Assembly: GCA_017936845.1 (NCBI GenBank)
Contig: JAGBES010000018.1
Coordinates: 92-64,091 of the forward strand
Length of the DNA stretch: 64,000 nucleotides
Reading direction: 5' to 3'
Source of the DNA: Bacilli bacterium
Lineage (GTDB): Bacteria > Bacillota_I > Bacilli_A > RF39 > UBA660
Shown: positions 19,808 through 27,763 of the stretch, in pieces
How the letters are laid out: every line of letters starts with the position of its first letter
How positions within the stretch are numbered: the first letter of the stretch is position 1
The notes under the pieces: model-generated
The model's input: the letters and a program-made list of their open reading frames with translations, nothing else
Database searches by the model: none
What the model was told of the DNA's origin: nothing
Program-made: the position numbers and the translations under genes

Positions 19808-20104
19808 CTATTTATTTACGACGATAATATTTTCATTATTATAAGCAAGTCCCATATCTGTTGCTACTTCTCTTACTTTATCAAATGATGTTAATTCATT
19901 TACTTTCATAGTTAGGCTTTCATTCTTTTTACTTTGACTATTTATATCATAATTAATTTTTTCAATACTCATATTTAAGTGTGATACTCCAGCACCACAA
20001 AATACTTTAATAATCAAAGTAAATGCTATACATAATGTTGCTGTTATATATAATAATTTTTCACCTTTTGTAATTCTCATTTTTCTTGTTTTTTTCTTAC
20101 TCAT
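19808..20104 (-). CDS. ftsL: Cell division protein FtsL
   Basis: Small bitopic protein with a coiled-coil ectodomain, in the conserved slot between rsmH and the PBP gene. Confidence 0.7.
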   Translation of the reverse strand: MSKKKTRKMRITKGEKLLYITATLCIAFTLIIKVFCGAGVSHLNMSIEKINYDINSQSKKNESLTMKVNELTSFDKVREVATDMGLAYNNENIIVVNK

Positions 20105-20105
20105 A

Positions 20106-21029
20106 TTATCCCTCTTTTACTCTTTCGATAACTCTTAATTTAGCACTTCTTGATCTGTTATTTTCTTCTAGTTCTTCTTTACTAGGTTTATATGTTCCTA
20201 CTATTTTAAACGATTTCTGATATTCTTTTGGTATTATTGGTAACTTTTCTATATTCTTATCCATTTTTGATACTTCATTAAATATTTCTTTGCATATTTT
20301 ATCTTCTAGTGAGTGAAATGTTATAACACATATTCTTCCACCTACATTAAGTAATTCCAAACTTTGTCTTAACGATGAAGAAAACACATCTAATTCATGG
20401 TTTACTTCTATTCTGATAGCTTGGAACACTTTACGAGCAGGATGTTTATCTCTTTTGTATTTTTCTGGCACATTATTTTTTATTATTTCTACTAATTCTA
20501 ATGTTGTTTCAATTTTTTTATTTTGTCTATATTTTTCTATACCTTGTGCTATACTTTTTGAATATTTTTCTTCTCCATATTTATAAAATATATTTGTAAG
20601 TTCTTCTACACTATATTCATTTACTACTTCATATGCTGATAAAGGATTATTTATATCCATACGCATATCTAGTTTAGCATCTTTATGGAAACTAAATCCT
20701 CTATAATCTTCATCTAGTTGTGGAGAGGAAACCCCTAAATCATATAATATTCCATCTACTTTTTTGATATTTCTTTTATTTAATTCTTCTTTAATATTTT
20801 TAAAATTGCTTTTAATTATTTCGTAGTTTTTTCCTATTTTTTCTAATTTCTTATTACTATAATCAATTGCTTCATTATCTTGATCAAATGCGTACAAATA
20901 TCCACATTTTATCCTCTTTAATATTTCACTACTATGTCCTGCATAACCTAATGTACAATCTACTATTATGCTTGATTCTTTTAAATTAAGTTTTGAAACA
21001 CTTTCATTTAGTAATACACTTTTATGCAT
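20106..21029 (-). CDS. rsmH: 16S rRNA (cytosine1402-N4)-methyltransferase
   Basis: N-terminal HKSVLLNE, DCTLGYAGHS, DLGVSSPQLD, and FHSLEDK. Confidence 0.95.
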   Translation of the reverse strand: MHKSVLLNESVSKLNLKESSIIVDCTLGYAGHSSEILKRIKCGYLYAFDQDNEAIDYSNKKLEKIGKNYEIIKSNFKNIKEELNKRNIKKVDGILYDLGVSSPQLDEDYRGFSFHKDAKLDMRMDINNPLSAYEVVNEYSVEELTNIFYKYGEEKYSKSIAQGIEKYRQNKKIETTLELVEIIKNNVPEKYKRDKHPARKVFQAIRIEVNHELDVFSSSLRQSLELLNVGGRICVITFHSLEDKICKEIFNEVSKMDKNIEKLPIIPKEYQKSFKIVGTYKPSKEELEENNRSRSAKLRVIERVKEG

Positions 21030-21456
21030 TCAAATCACCCATAAATAATTTATCAGCTATATCAGATAAATCATCTTCATTTTCTTTAATAAAATTATCC
21101 CAATTAGTTTTACTCCAAACTTCTAAATGGTCATTAACACCTATTATCACACAGTCTTTTTCTAATGATGCATAATTAATTAGTGGAGTGGCAATATTAA
21201 TTCTTCCTTGTTTATCAAAATCACTTATAGTTGCTCCTGATAAGAAAAAGCGCATAAATTTACGGGCATCTTTTGTATTAGGTAGTTCTTTATATTTATC
21301 TATTACTTTTGACCATTCTATACTAGGATAAATAAATAAACAATTATCTAGTCCTCTTGTTACTACAAAATTAGAACCTAATTCATATCTTATCTTAGCT
21401 GGTATAGTTAGTCTTCCTTTTTCATCAATTGTATGATGATATTCACCCATAAACAT
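21022..21456 (-). CDS. mraZ: Transcriptional regulator MraZ
   Basis: F(M)GEYHHTIDEKGRLTIPAKIR and a second DKQGRI repeat. The likely start is at 21456/21450. The ORF track extends to 21498. Confidence 0.93.
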   Translation of the reverse strand: MFMGEYHHTIDEKGRLTIPAKIRYELGSNFVVTRGLDNCLFIYPSIEWSKVIDKYKELPNTKDARKFMRFFLSGATISDFDKQGRINIATPLINYASLEKDCVIIGVNDHLEVWSKTNWDNFIKENEDDLSDIADKLFMGDLNA

Positions 21457-21575
21457 ATTATCACCCACTTTTCTCCACTTAAAACCACTACGTACCATTA
21501 TTTTATCATTATATTATTATAATGTAAATAGTTTTTACATAATTTTTCAAACAAAAAAGGAAGTTTTTTCTTCCT

Positions 21576-22112
21576 TTAAGTAGCAAGTATATCACCTATA
21601 ATATCTGATAAATTATATAATGTATCAATAATGTAATATATTTTATCTTTAAAAAAATTATTTTTTGTATTTTCTGTATCTATTCTTATAATATAACCAT
21701 CATCACATTCTAATACTTCTATTTTTTTTGTATATCTTTGATATCTTTTTATTATTACATCTTTTTCATATTCTTTTGTTACAAAGTAACATATTTCTTT
21801 AGTTGTTAAATATATACTATCTTTTATAAATGTTTTTAAATATTTTTTCATTTCATCTATATTTATTATCATATAATCAATTGATTTTTTTCTATATAAT
21901 TTTTTTATTTTTTTTATTGATATTTTTTTTGATTTTCCATTATCACTACCATCATTTTTACTTATAGAATTTAATAAATCACATTCTACAATAGCATCAT
22001 TTTTTTCTATTATATCTATTAAATTTATCTCTTTAATACCTATTCCAATTATTTTACCATTTATTTTTTTTAAATATTTTTTTAAGTTACTATTTATTTT
22101 CAATTTTATCAC
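21576..22112 (-). CDS. Hypothetical protein (178 aa)
   Basis: ORF track. Overlaps the 3' end of the ThiF-family gene by 23 nt. Confidence 0.45.
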   Translation of the reverse strand: MIKLKINSNLKKYLKKINGKIIGIGIKEINLIDIIEKNDAIVECDLLNSISKNDGSDNGKSKKISIKKIKKLYRKKSIDYMIINIDEMKKYLKTFIKDSIYLTTKEICYFVTKEYEKDVIIKRYQRYTKKIEVLECDDGYIIRIDTENTKNNFFKDKIYYIIDTLYNLSDIIGDILAT

Positions 22113-22782
22113 CTACTATATTATTTATGACATAGCTTGTACATAATAATCCTGCTGTTGCTGGTACAAAGGAATTTGATGCTATTACTTTACTATTTAT
22201 TTTAATATTTTCTTCTTTACTACAAACGACCATTACTTTTCCTTTTATTTTTTCTTCTTTTACCATTTTTCTTATTATTTTTGCTATTGGATCATAACTT
22301 GTTTTTCTTATATCTATTATTTCTAATTTAGATGGATCTAATTTATATCCAGTCCCCATTGATGAAATGAATTTGATTTTATTTTTTATGCATCTTCTTA
22401 TTATTTCTTTTTTTACTTCTATACTATCACATGCATCTATTACATAATCATAGTTTTCTATATTTAATATATCAAAGTTTTCTTTTGTTATTTTTTCTTT
22501 TATTATCTTTATATTACAATTAGGATTTATATCTTTTACTCTTTTTTTACAAACATCAACTTTATATTCACCTATATTAGAATTTAAAGATATTATTTGT
22601 CTATTTAAATTTGTTTTATCTATTTTATCAAAATCAACTATTGTTATATTTTCTATTCCGCTTCTTACTAAACTTTCTAAGGCATATCCTCCTACACCAC
22701 CAACTCCAATTAATAAGACTTTTGTTTTTTTTATGGTTTCTATATTATCTTTTCCAATTAATAATTCTAGTCTATCTAACAT
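22090..22782 (-). CDS. tcdA: ThiF/MoeB-family protein, TcdA-like tRNA threonylcarbamoyladenosine dehydratase
   Basis: Rossmann motif LLIGVGGVGGYALESLVRSGI, the DFDKIDKTNLNRQ motif, and about 230 aa in length. Confidence 0.75.
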   Translation of the reverse strand: MLDRLELLIGKDNIETIKKTKVLLIGVGGVGGYALESLVRSGIENITIVDFDKIDKTNLNRQIISLNSNIGEYKVDVCKKRVKDINPNCNIKIIKEKITKENFDILNIENYDYVIDACDSIEVKKEIIRRCIKNKIKFISSMGTGYKLDPSKLEIIDIRKTSYDPIAKIIRKMVKEEKIKGKVMVVCSKEENIKINSKVIASNSFVPATAGLLCTSYVINNIVGDKIENK

Positions 22783-22827
22783 TATACCACCTATTTAATT
22801 ATAACCTTTTTTCTTATTAAAAAAAAG

Positions 22828-24066
22828 TTATTTTAAATAACTTTTAAATGTTTCTAATGAATCATTTGCAAATATTGTTTTTCTTCTTAGCATATATCTA
22901 TTTGTACTATAATCACTATATCCTTCTGTATTTAATTGACCTAAGAAAGCCAAATGGAATCCACTTTGTTTTAAAAGCTTTATTGCTCTATCATTATAAT
23001 CAAAAAATGGATATGAAAAGTATTTAGATCCTCCTAATTTTTGTTTTGATAATTCTAAGTCTTTTAATATTATTTCTTCTTTTTCACATAGTAATTGTCC
23101 ACCTTGTTCTCCTTTAGGACATCGGTAATTATTATGAAGATTATCTGTATGTGATTCAAAATTTACATATTCTGATTTTATTTTGTATGCATCATATCTT
23201 CCCGTTATAACAAAATATGTAGCATTTAATTTATATTTTTCTAATATTTCAATAGCATTTTTAGCAAGATTACCATCATCTAATGTTATTACTACTGTTT
23301 TTATAGGAATATTTATTTTTTTATCTAGAAACATTTCTAATTCTTCCATTGTAAGAGTTAAATAGTTATTATCAGCTAAATATTTCATATGACTGTCAAA
23401 TTGATTATAAGGATGACATATAACTTTATTCTTGCATGTTTCTCCTTCTTTATATACGGCATGATATGTAAATGTTCTTATATTATTTCTTGTTTTTTCT
23501 TTTCTATTATTATTTTTAAGTTTTACTTCTTCTTTTTTAACATATAGTAATTCATCATTATAATCAACATAATATTTATCTTTCTCTTTTATTATTATAG
23601 GTAAATTTATTCCTTTATTTATTTCATATACATAACCATTTTTATTATAAAATGTAGTTTTTTCTTCTGTTAAAACATTTTGATTAAATGGAACATATTT
23701 TTTATAACGATCATTTCTATCTATTTTATTTCTTTTTTCTACATTATTATAATATATATAACAATTTAAATTCTTTATTTTTAAGTATCTTTTATCTTCA
23801 CTTATACTTTCTAATTCTAAAACAATATTTTTATTTACTTTACCTATTATTTTATATTTATTATTTTCCATTTCATAAAGTATAGCTTCTTTATTTGTTA
23901 CAACATAAGTATTATAATGTTTTTCTATTTCTTTATTGTTATTAATTACTTCTTTTATTATTATTGACTCTTTTACTTCTTTTTTTGGAAAAGATAATTT
24001 TACATAAATAAACATTAATACACTTATCAATATTAACACTGTTATACCTATTATGATTTTTTTCAT
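22828..24066 (-). CDS. Membrane-anchored polysaccharide deacetylase (NodB/CE4 family)
   Basis: N-terminal TM anchor. NodB motif VVITLDDGN, and the later ESHT and FLG regions. Confidence 0.8.
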   Translation of the reverse strand: MKKIIIGITVLILISVLMFIYVKLSFPKKEVKESIIIKEVINNNKEIEKHYNTYVVTNKEAILYEMENNKYKIIGKVNKNIVLELESISEDKRYLKIKNLNCYIYYNNVEKRNKIDRNDRYKKYVPFNQNVLTEEKTTFYNKNGYVYEINKGINLPIIIKEKDKYYVDYNDELLYVKKEEVKLKNNNRKEKTRNNIRTFTYHAVYKEGETCKNKVICHPYNQFDSHMKYLADNNYLTLTMEELEMFLDKKINIPIKTVVITLDDGNLAKNAIEILEKYKLNATYFVITGRYDAYKIKSEYVNFESHTDNLHNNYRCPKGEQGGQLLCEKEEIILKDLELSKQKLGGSKYFSYPFFDYNDRAIKLLKQSGFHLAFLGQLNTEGYSDYSTNRYMLRRKTIFANDSLETFKSYLK

Positions 24067-24307
24067 ATTTACACCTAGCTTAATTTTAACAAGTTAATTT
24101 TTTCTTGTCAATTTTAAATATATTTTTTTTAATTTATTTTTCATTTTTATTGTTAATGGTTCTTTTAAAATTTCTTTTATTTCTTTTTCATTCCAAAATT
24201 CATTATTATTATTAAATAATATATTCATATTGTCACCTCAATATTAAAATACAACATGAAGTAATTTAAATCCTTAAAAAAAAAAGAATGAAACCATTCT
24301 TTTTAAA

Positions 24308-25765
24308 GGGTGTATTATAAATAGTGTTGGTGGAAATATTTCACTACACTATTTTATTTAATAAAAAGTACATAGATTTGATACAATGTAATTGACGAAA
24401 AAAACATTGAAAGGATCAAAACTATGTACAATAATGATTATATACTAAATTTATTAAATATTAAAGATAAAAACATTTATATTTACACAAGTCAACTAAA
24501 TGAAAGAAAGATTAAAGGTGTTAATTATCAAATTATTGAAGGTATATTAACTTATATTCCTGAATATTGTTTAGTTTGTGGTGTTATGAATTATTCTCAC
24601 AAAGATATTATTAAATGGGGTTTTAAAAGAAATTGCAAAATTAAAATTCCTAATATTTCTAATAAAAAATCTTTACTTATTCTTCATAAACAAAGATTTT
24701 ATTGTAAACATTGTCACAATACTTTTATTGCTGAAACTAATTTAGTTGATAAATATAAAAATATTTCTAACAATACTGAACTTCAAATTAGAATGGAACT
24801 TATGAAAAAACAATCTGAAAAAGATATTGCTGAAAGAACTGGTGTTTCTGTTTCTAAAATTGATAGAGTTTTAAATCAAATATCTTCTAACACTGTTTTA
24901 AGGCATCCCACTTTACCTCCTTCAATGAATTGGGATGAATTTAAAGCTACTAAAGATACTAAAGGTAAAATGGCTTTTATGATTGTTAATAATAATTCTG
25001 GTAATATTTTTGATATTCAAGATTCTAGAAAATCTAGAGACCTAGAAAAATATTTTAGAAGATATTCTAGAAATGAAAGAAACAAAGTTAAATTAATTTC
25101 TACGGATTTTTATTCTGGATATATTTTTTTAGCTAAAAAGTTGTTTAAGAATGCTGATATCGTTATTGATAGATTTCATATTGTTGTACAAGCTTATGTT
25201 GCTTTAAATAGTACTAGAGTTATTTTATGTAAAAAGAATAATCCTAATTATAATAAACTAAAATATTTTTGGAAATTAATTGTTAAAAATGAAAATGATT
25301 TATCTGAAGAGAAAAATTATTCTAAACATTTTCATAAAGAAGTATCTCAAAAAGATATTGTTACATATTTAATAAATACTAATCCCACTTTAAAAGCTAC
25401 TTATGAATGTTATCAAGGTATTATTAATTCTATTAAAGAAAAAGATTTTAAAAAATTTAACCTTATAGTTAAACATCAAAATAATAATTTATCTTTTAAA
25501 ATGAAACAAGTATTAAAATTATATAATGAAAATATTAAATATATTGAGAATTCATTTAAATATGATATAAATAATGGAATTATTGAAGGAACTAATAATT
25601 TAATTAAATCTATTAAAAGAATTGCTTTTGGTTATAGAAAATATGATCATTTTATAGCTAGAGTATTTTTAATTAAAGGCATTATAAAAGGATGATTTTC
25701 ATCATCCTATATATTCAATTCATTTATCAAATTTATTGTTCACCAACACTATTTGACAAAGAACC
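24308..25765 (+). mobile_element. ISL3-family insertion sequence, complete, with imperfect terminal inverted repeats and an 8-bp target site duplication
   Basis: Left end is GGGTGTATTATAAATAGTGTTGGTGG. The reverse complement of the right end is GGTTCTTTGTCAAATAGTGTTGGTGA, with a 14-nt perfect core AAATAGTGTTGGTG. TTTTTAAA flanks the element at 24300..24307 and 25766..25773. Confidence 0.85.
24424..25695 (+). CDS. ISL3 family transposase
   Basis: N-terminal zinc-finger region (CLVCG ... CKHCHNTF), DRFHIV, and the C-terminal NGIIEGTNNLIKSIKRIAFGYRKYDHF that is typical of ISL3 DDE transposases. Confidence 0.9.
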   Translation: MYNNDYILNLLNIKDKNIYIYTSQLNERKIKGVNYQIIEGILTYIPEYCLVCGVMNYSHKDIIKWGFKRNCKIKIPNISNKKSLLILHKQRFYCKHCHNTFIAETNLVDKYKNISNNTELQIRMELMKKQSEKDIAERTGVSVSKIDRVLNQISSNTVLRHPTLPPSMNWDEFKATKDTKGKMAFMIVNNNSGNIFDIQDSRKSRDLEKYFRRYSRNERNKVKLISTDFYSGYIFLAKKLFKNADIVIDRFHIVVQAYVALNSTRVILCKKNNPNYNKLKYFWKLIVKNENDLSEEKNYSKHFHKEVSQKDIVTYLINTNPTLKATYECYQGIINSIKEKDFKKFNLIVKHQNNNLSFKMKQVLKLYNENIKYIENSFKYDINNGIIEGTNNLIKSIKRIAFGYRKYDHFIARVFLIKGIIKG

Positions 25766-25768
25766 TTT

Positions 25769-27007
25769 TTAAAAATTCATCATAATCCATTCTGGTTTTA
25801 AGATCATAAGTAAACCTATTACAAGCATTATAATTCCACCTATTAAGTGAGAATATTTATTATATTTATTTGTCATACCTGTTATTTTTAATGTAATCAT
25901 TGCCACTACAAAGACAATTATATCATCCAATAAGTAAGCAATTATATATAGTATCATATATAAAGCATATAGTGGTGTTGTTAAATTATTTAAGGCAAGT
26001 ATTTGCGTAAATAAAAGTGGTAATCCTGCAGAGCAAGCTAATTCTACAAAATTAATAGAAACAGCAAGAAGAATAGTTCCTACTAGTGCTGGAATTAAAT
26101 TTTTTTCTTTAGTAAATTTTTGTATTCTATTTATTATACTTTTTCTTTTTTCTTTATCAACTACTTGACATCCTGCATCTTTTTTTCTTTCTTTTCTAAA
26201 ACTATTAAGATTCACAAACGCTCCTATAAGAGCAACTAGTGCTATTAAAATTTGAACAAACCTTATTTGACTTAATTTTAATGTTACTTGTAACCATGAT
26301 GCCATAAATAATAAATATATTAAAGCTGATGTTAGTAAAAATGTTAACCCTATTATCCACATTCTTTTTCTATTTTTCATTCCTATTAGCATACTTATTA
26401 AAAAGATTAAAACCCACATAGAACATGGATTAAATCCATCTACTAATCCAATTGAAATAGCTATTAATGGTAAAGAAAATTTCTTTACATCTATACTACC
26501 TAATAATGGTACTTTCATTTTAGATGTTTCTTCTTTATTTTCTTCATTATCTATTTTTTTGTGTTCTTCTATTTTTTTATTTGCCTCTTTTACTTCTTCT
26601 ATTAATGGTTTATTTGTTTGTTTTAATTCTCCTACTAAATCCATACATTCATATTTAGTACATTCTTTTATGTATTTTTCTATTTGTTCTTTTGTATAAT
26701 CATTAAATCCTACTAAACTATTTGTTCCTATTATAGTATAAGGGACATATTTATTATTATCATTTAATGATGTATTTACTAATTCAAATAATTCACTATT
26801 TTCTTCTTCACTTACTTCATACTTATAGATTTTTAAATTTTTATATTTTTTTTCTATTGTTTTTAAATATTCTTTTTCTTTAGCACAATGTGGACATGTA
26901 GAACTATAAAACAAATGTAGTTTTACTTCATTATCTTTTGCTTTTACATTTGGTATAAATAATAAAGTTATAACAAATAATAATAATATTTTTTTAATAT
27001 TTCTCAT
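25769..27007 (-). CDS. Secreted thioredoxin-fold domain fused to a DsbD/CcdA-like thiol-disulfide transmembrane domain
   Basis: Signal peptide, a CPHC redox motif, then a polytopic region with conserved Cys in GFNPCSMW and ELACSAGLP. Confidence 0.7.
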   Translation of the reverse strand: MRNIKKILLLFVITLLFIPNVKAKDNEVKLHLFYSSTCPHCAKEKEYLKTIEKKYKNLKIYKYEVSEEENSELFELVNTSLNDNNKYVPYTIIGTNSLVGFNDYTKEQIEKYIKECTKYECMDLVGELKQTNKPLIEEVKEANKKIEEHKKIDNEENKEETSKMKVPLLGSIDVKKFSLPLIAISIGLVDGFNPCSMWVLIFLISMLIGMKNRKRMWIIGLTFLLTSALIYLLFMASWLQVTLKLSQIRFVQILIALVALIGAFVNLNSFRKERKKDAGCQVVDKEKRKSIINRIQKFTKEKNLIPALVGTILLAVSINFVELACSAGLPLLFTQILALNNLTTPLYALYMILYIIAYLLDDIIVFVVAMITLKITGMTNKYNKYSHLIGGIIMLVIGLLMILKPEWIMMNF

Positions 27008-27011
27008 TTTA

Positions 27012-27281
27012 TCAACATCCTAAACTTCTAATTATTTTTTCTATTTCTTTTTTTCTTTTTTCTCCTGTTATTCTTTCTATTTCTTTTCCATCTTTTAAAA
27101 TTATAATTACTGGTAATATATCCTTTGGATCATATTTCTCTATATCATCTGTATCATAATCTAATTCTTCATATTCTAAATCAGGAAATTCTTCTTTTAT
27201 TTGCTTCCAATCATTATATGTTAATATACAGCTTGTACACCATATAGCACTTATTCTTATTAATTTCACGATATCACCCAA
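27012..27281 (-). CDS. Small thioredoxin-like protein
   Basis: WCTSC (CxxC) motif in a roughly 85-aa thioredoxin-sized protein. Adjacent to the DsbD-like gene. A GTG at 27269 preceded by GGGTGA is a plausible true start. Confidence 0.6.
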   Translation of the reverse strand: MGDIVKLIRISAIWCTSCILTYNDWKQIKEEFPDLEYEELDYDTDDIEKYDPKDILPVIIILKDGKEIERITGEKRKKEIEKIIRSLGC

Positions 27282-27323
27282 CTAATTATATCAAATTTCA
27301 TTATGATAGACAATAAAAAAGTA

Positions 27324-27677
27324 TTAACCTACTAATACTTTTTCATATCCCTTTTTATTTTCATATATTTTAAATTCTTCACCATGATATCTAATATTTA
27401 AATTATGAAAATATGGTTCAAATATTATATTATCTATATAACACATATTTTTTTCCATATATTTTTTTATTATATTAGATACTTCACCTTCATTAATTGT
27501 TTCTATTAATGATATATTTTTTCCATTTAATTTTGTTTGTTTTCTTACTATCATAATTAAATCATTATTTTCTAGTTTTTGTTTTACTCTTATATTTACA
27601 ATATTATCATAATATTCTTCATAATATTTTTTTACTATTTTTGCTGCACTATATCTTGATATATTTACCTCTTTCAT
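27324..27677 (-). CDS. Hypothetical protein (117 aa)
   Basis: ORF track. A G6-containing Shine-Dalgarno sequence (AAAGGGGGGAAAAT) precedes the ATG. Confidence 0.5.
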   Translation of the reverse strand: MKEVNISRYSAAKIVKKYYEEYYDNIVNIRVKQKLENNDLIMIVRKQTKLNGKNISLIETINEGEVSNIIKKYMEKNMCYIDNIIFEPYFHNLNIRYHGEEFKIYENKKGYEKVLVG

Positions 27678-27763
27678 ATTTTCCCCCCTTTATTGGCACT
27701 TATTATACATATTATTTTTATTTTGTCAAATTTTTGTTTATACAAAAAAAGACTATAAAAGTC

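Noticed and set aside
24094-24228. A 44-aa ORF with a GAGGTGA ribosome-binding site, upstream of the polysaccharide deacetylase gene.
   Set aside because: The product is Asn/Lys low complexity (MNILFNNNNEFWNEKEIKEILKEPL...) with no distinguishing feature. I cannot separate it from chance in AT-rich DNA.
27683-27688. A C6/G6 run upstream of the 117-aa ORF, considered as a second phase-variable tract.
   Set aside because: It lies outside the coding region and simply forms the purine-rich Shine-Dalgarno sequence (AAAGGGGGGAAAAT-ATG). Six residues is short for efficient slippage.
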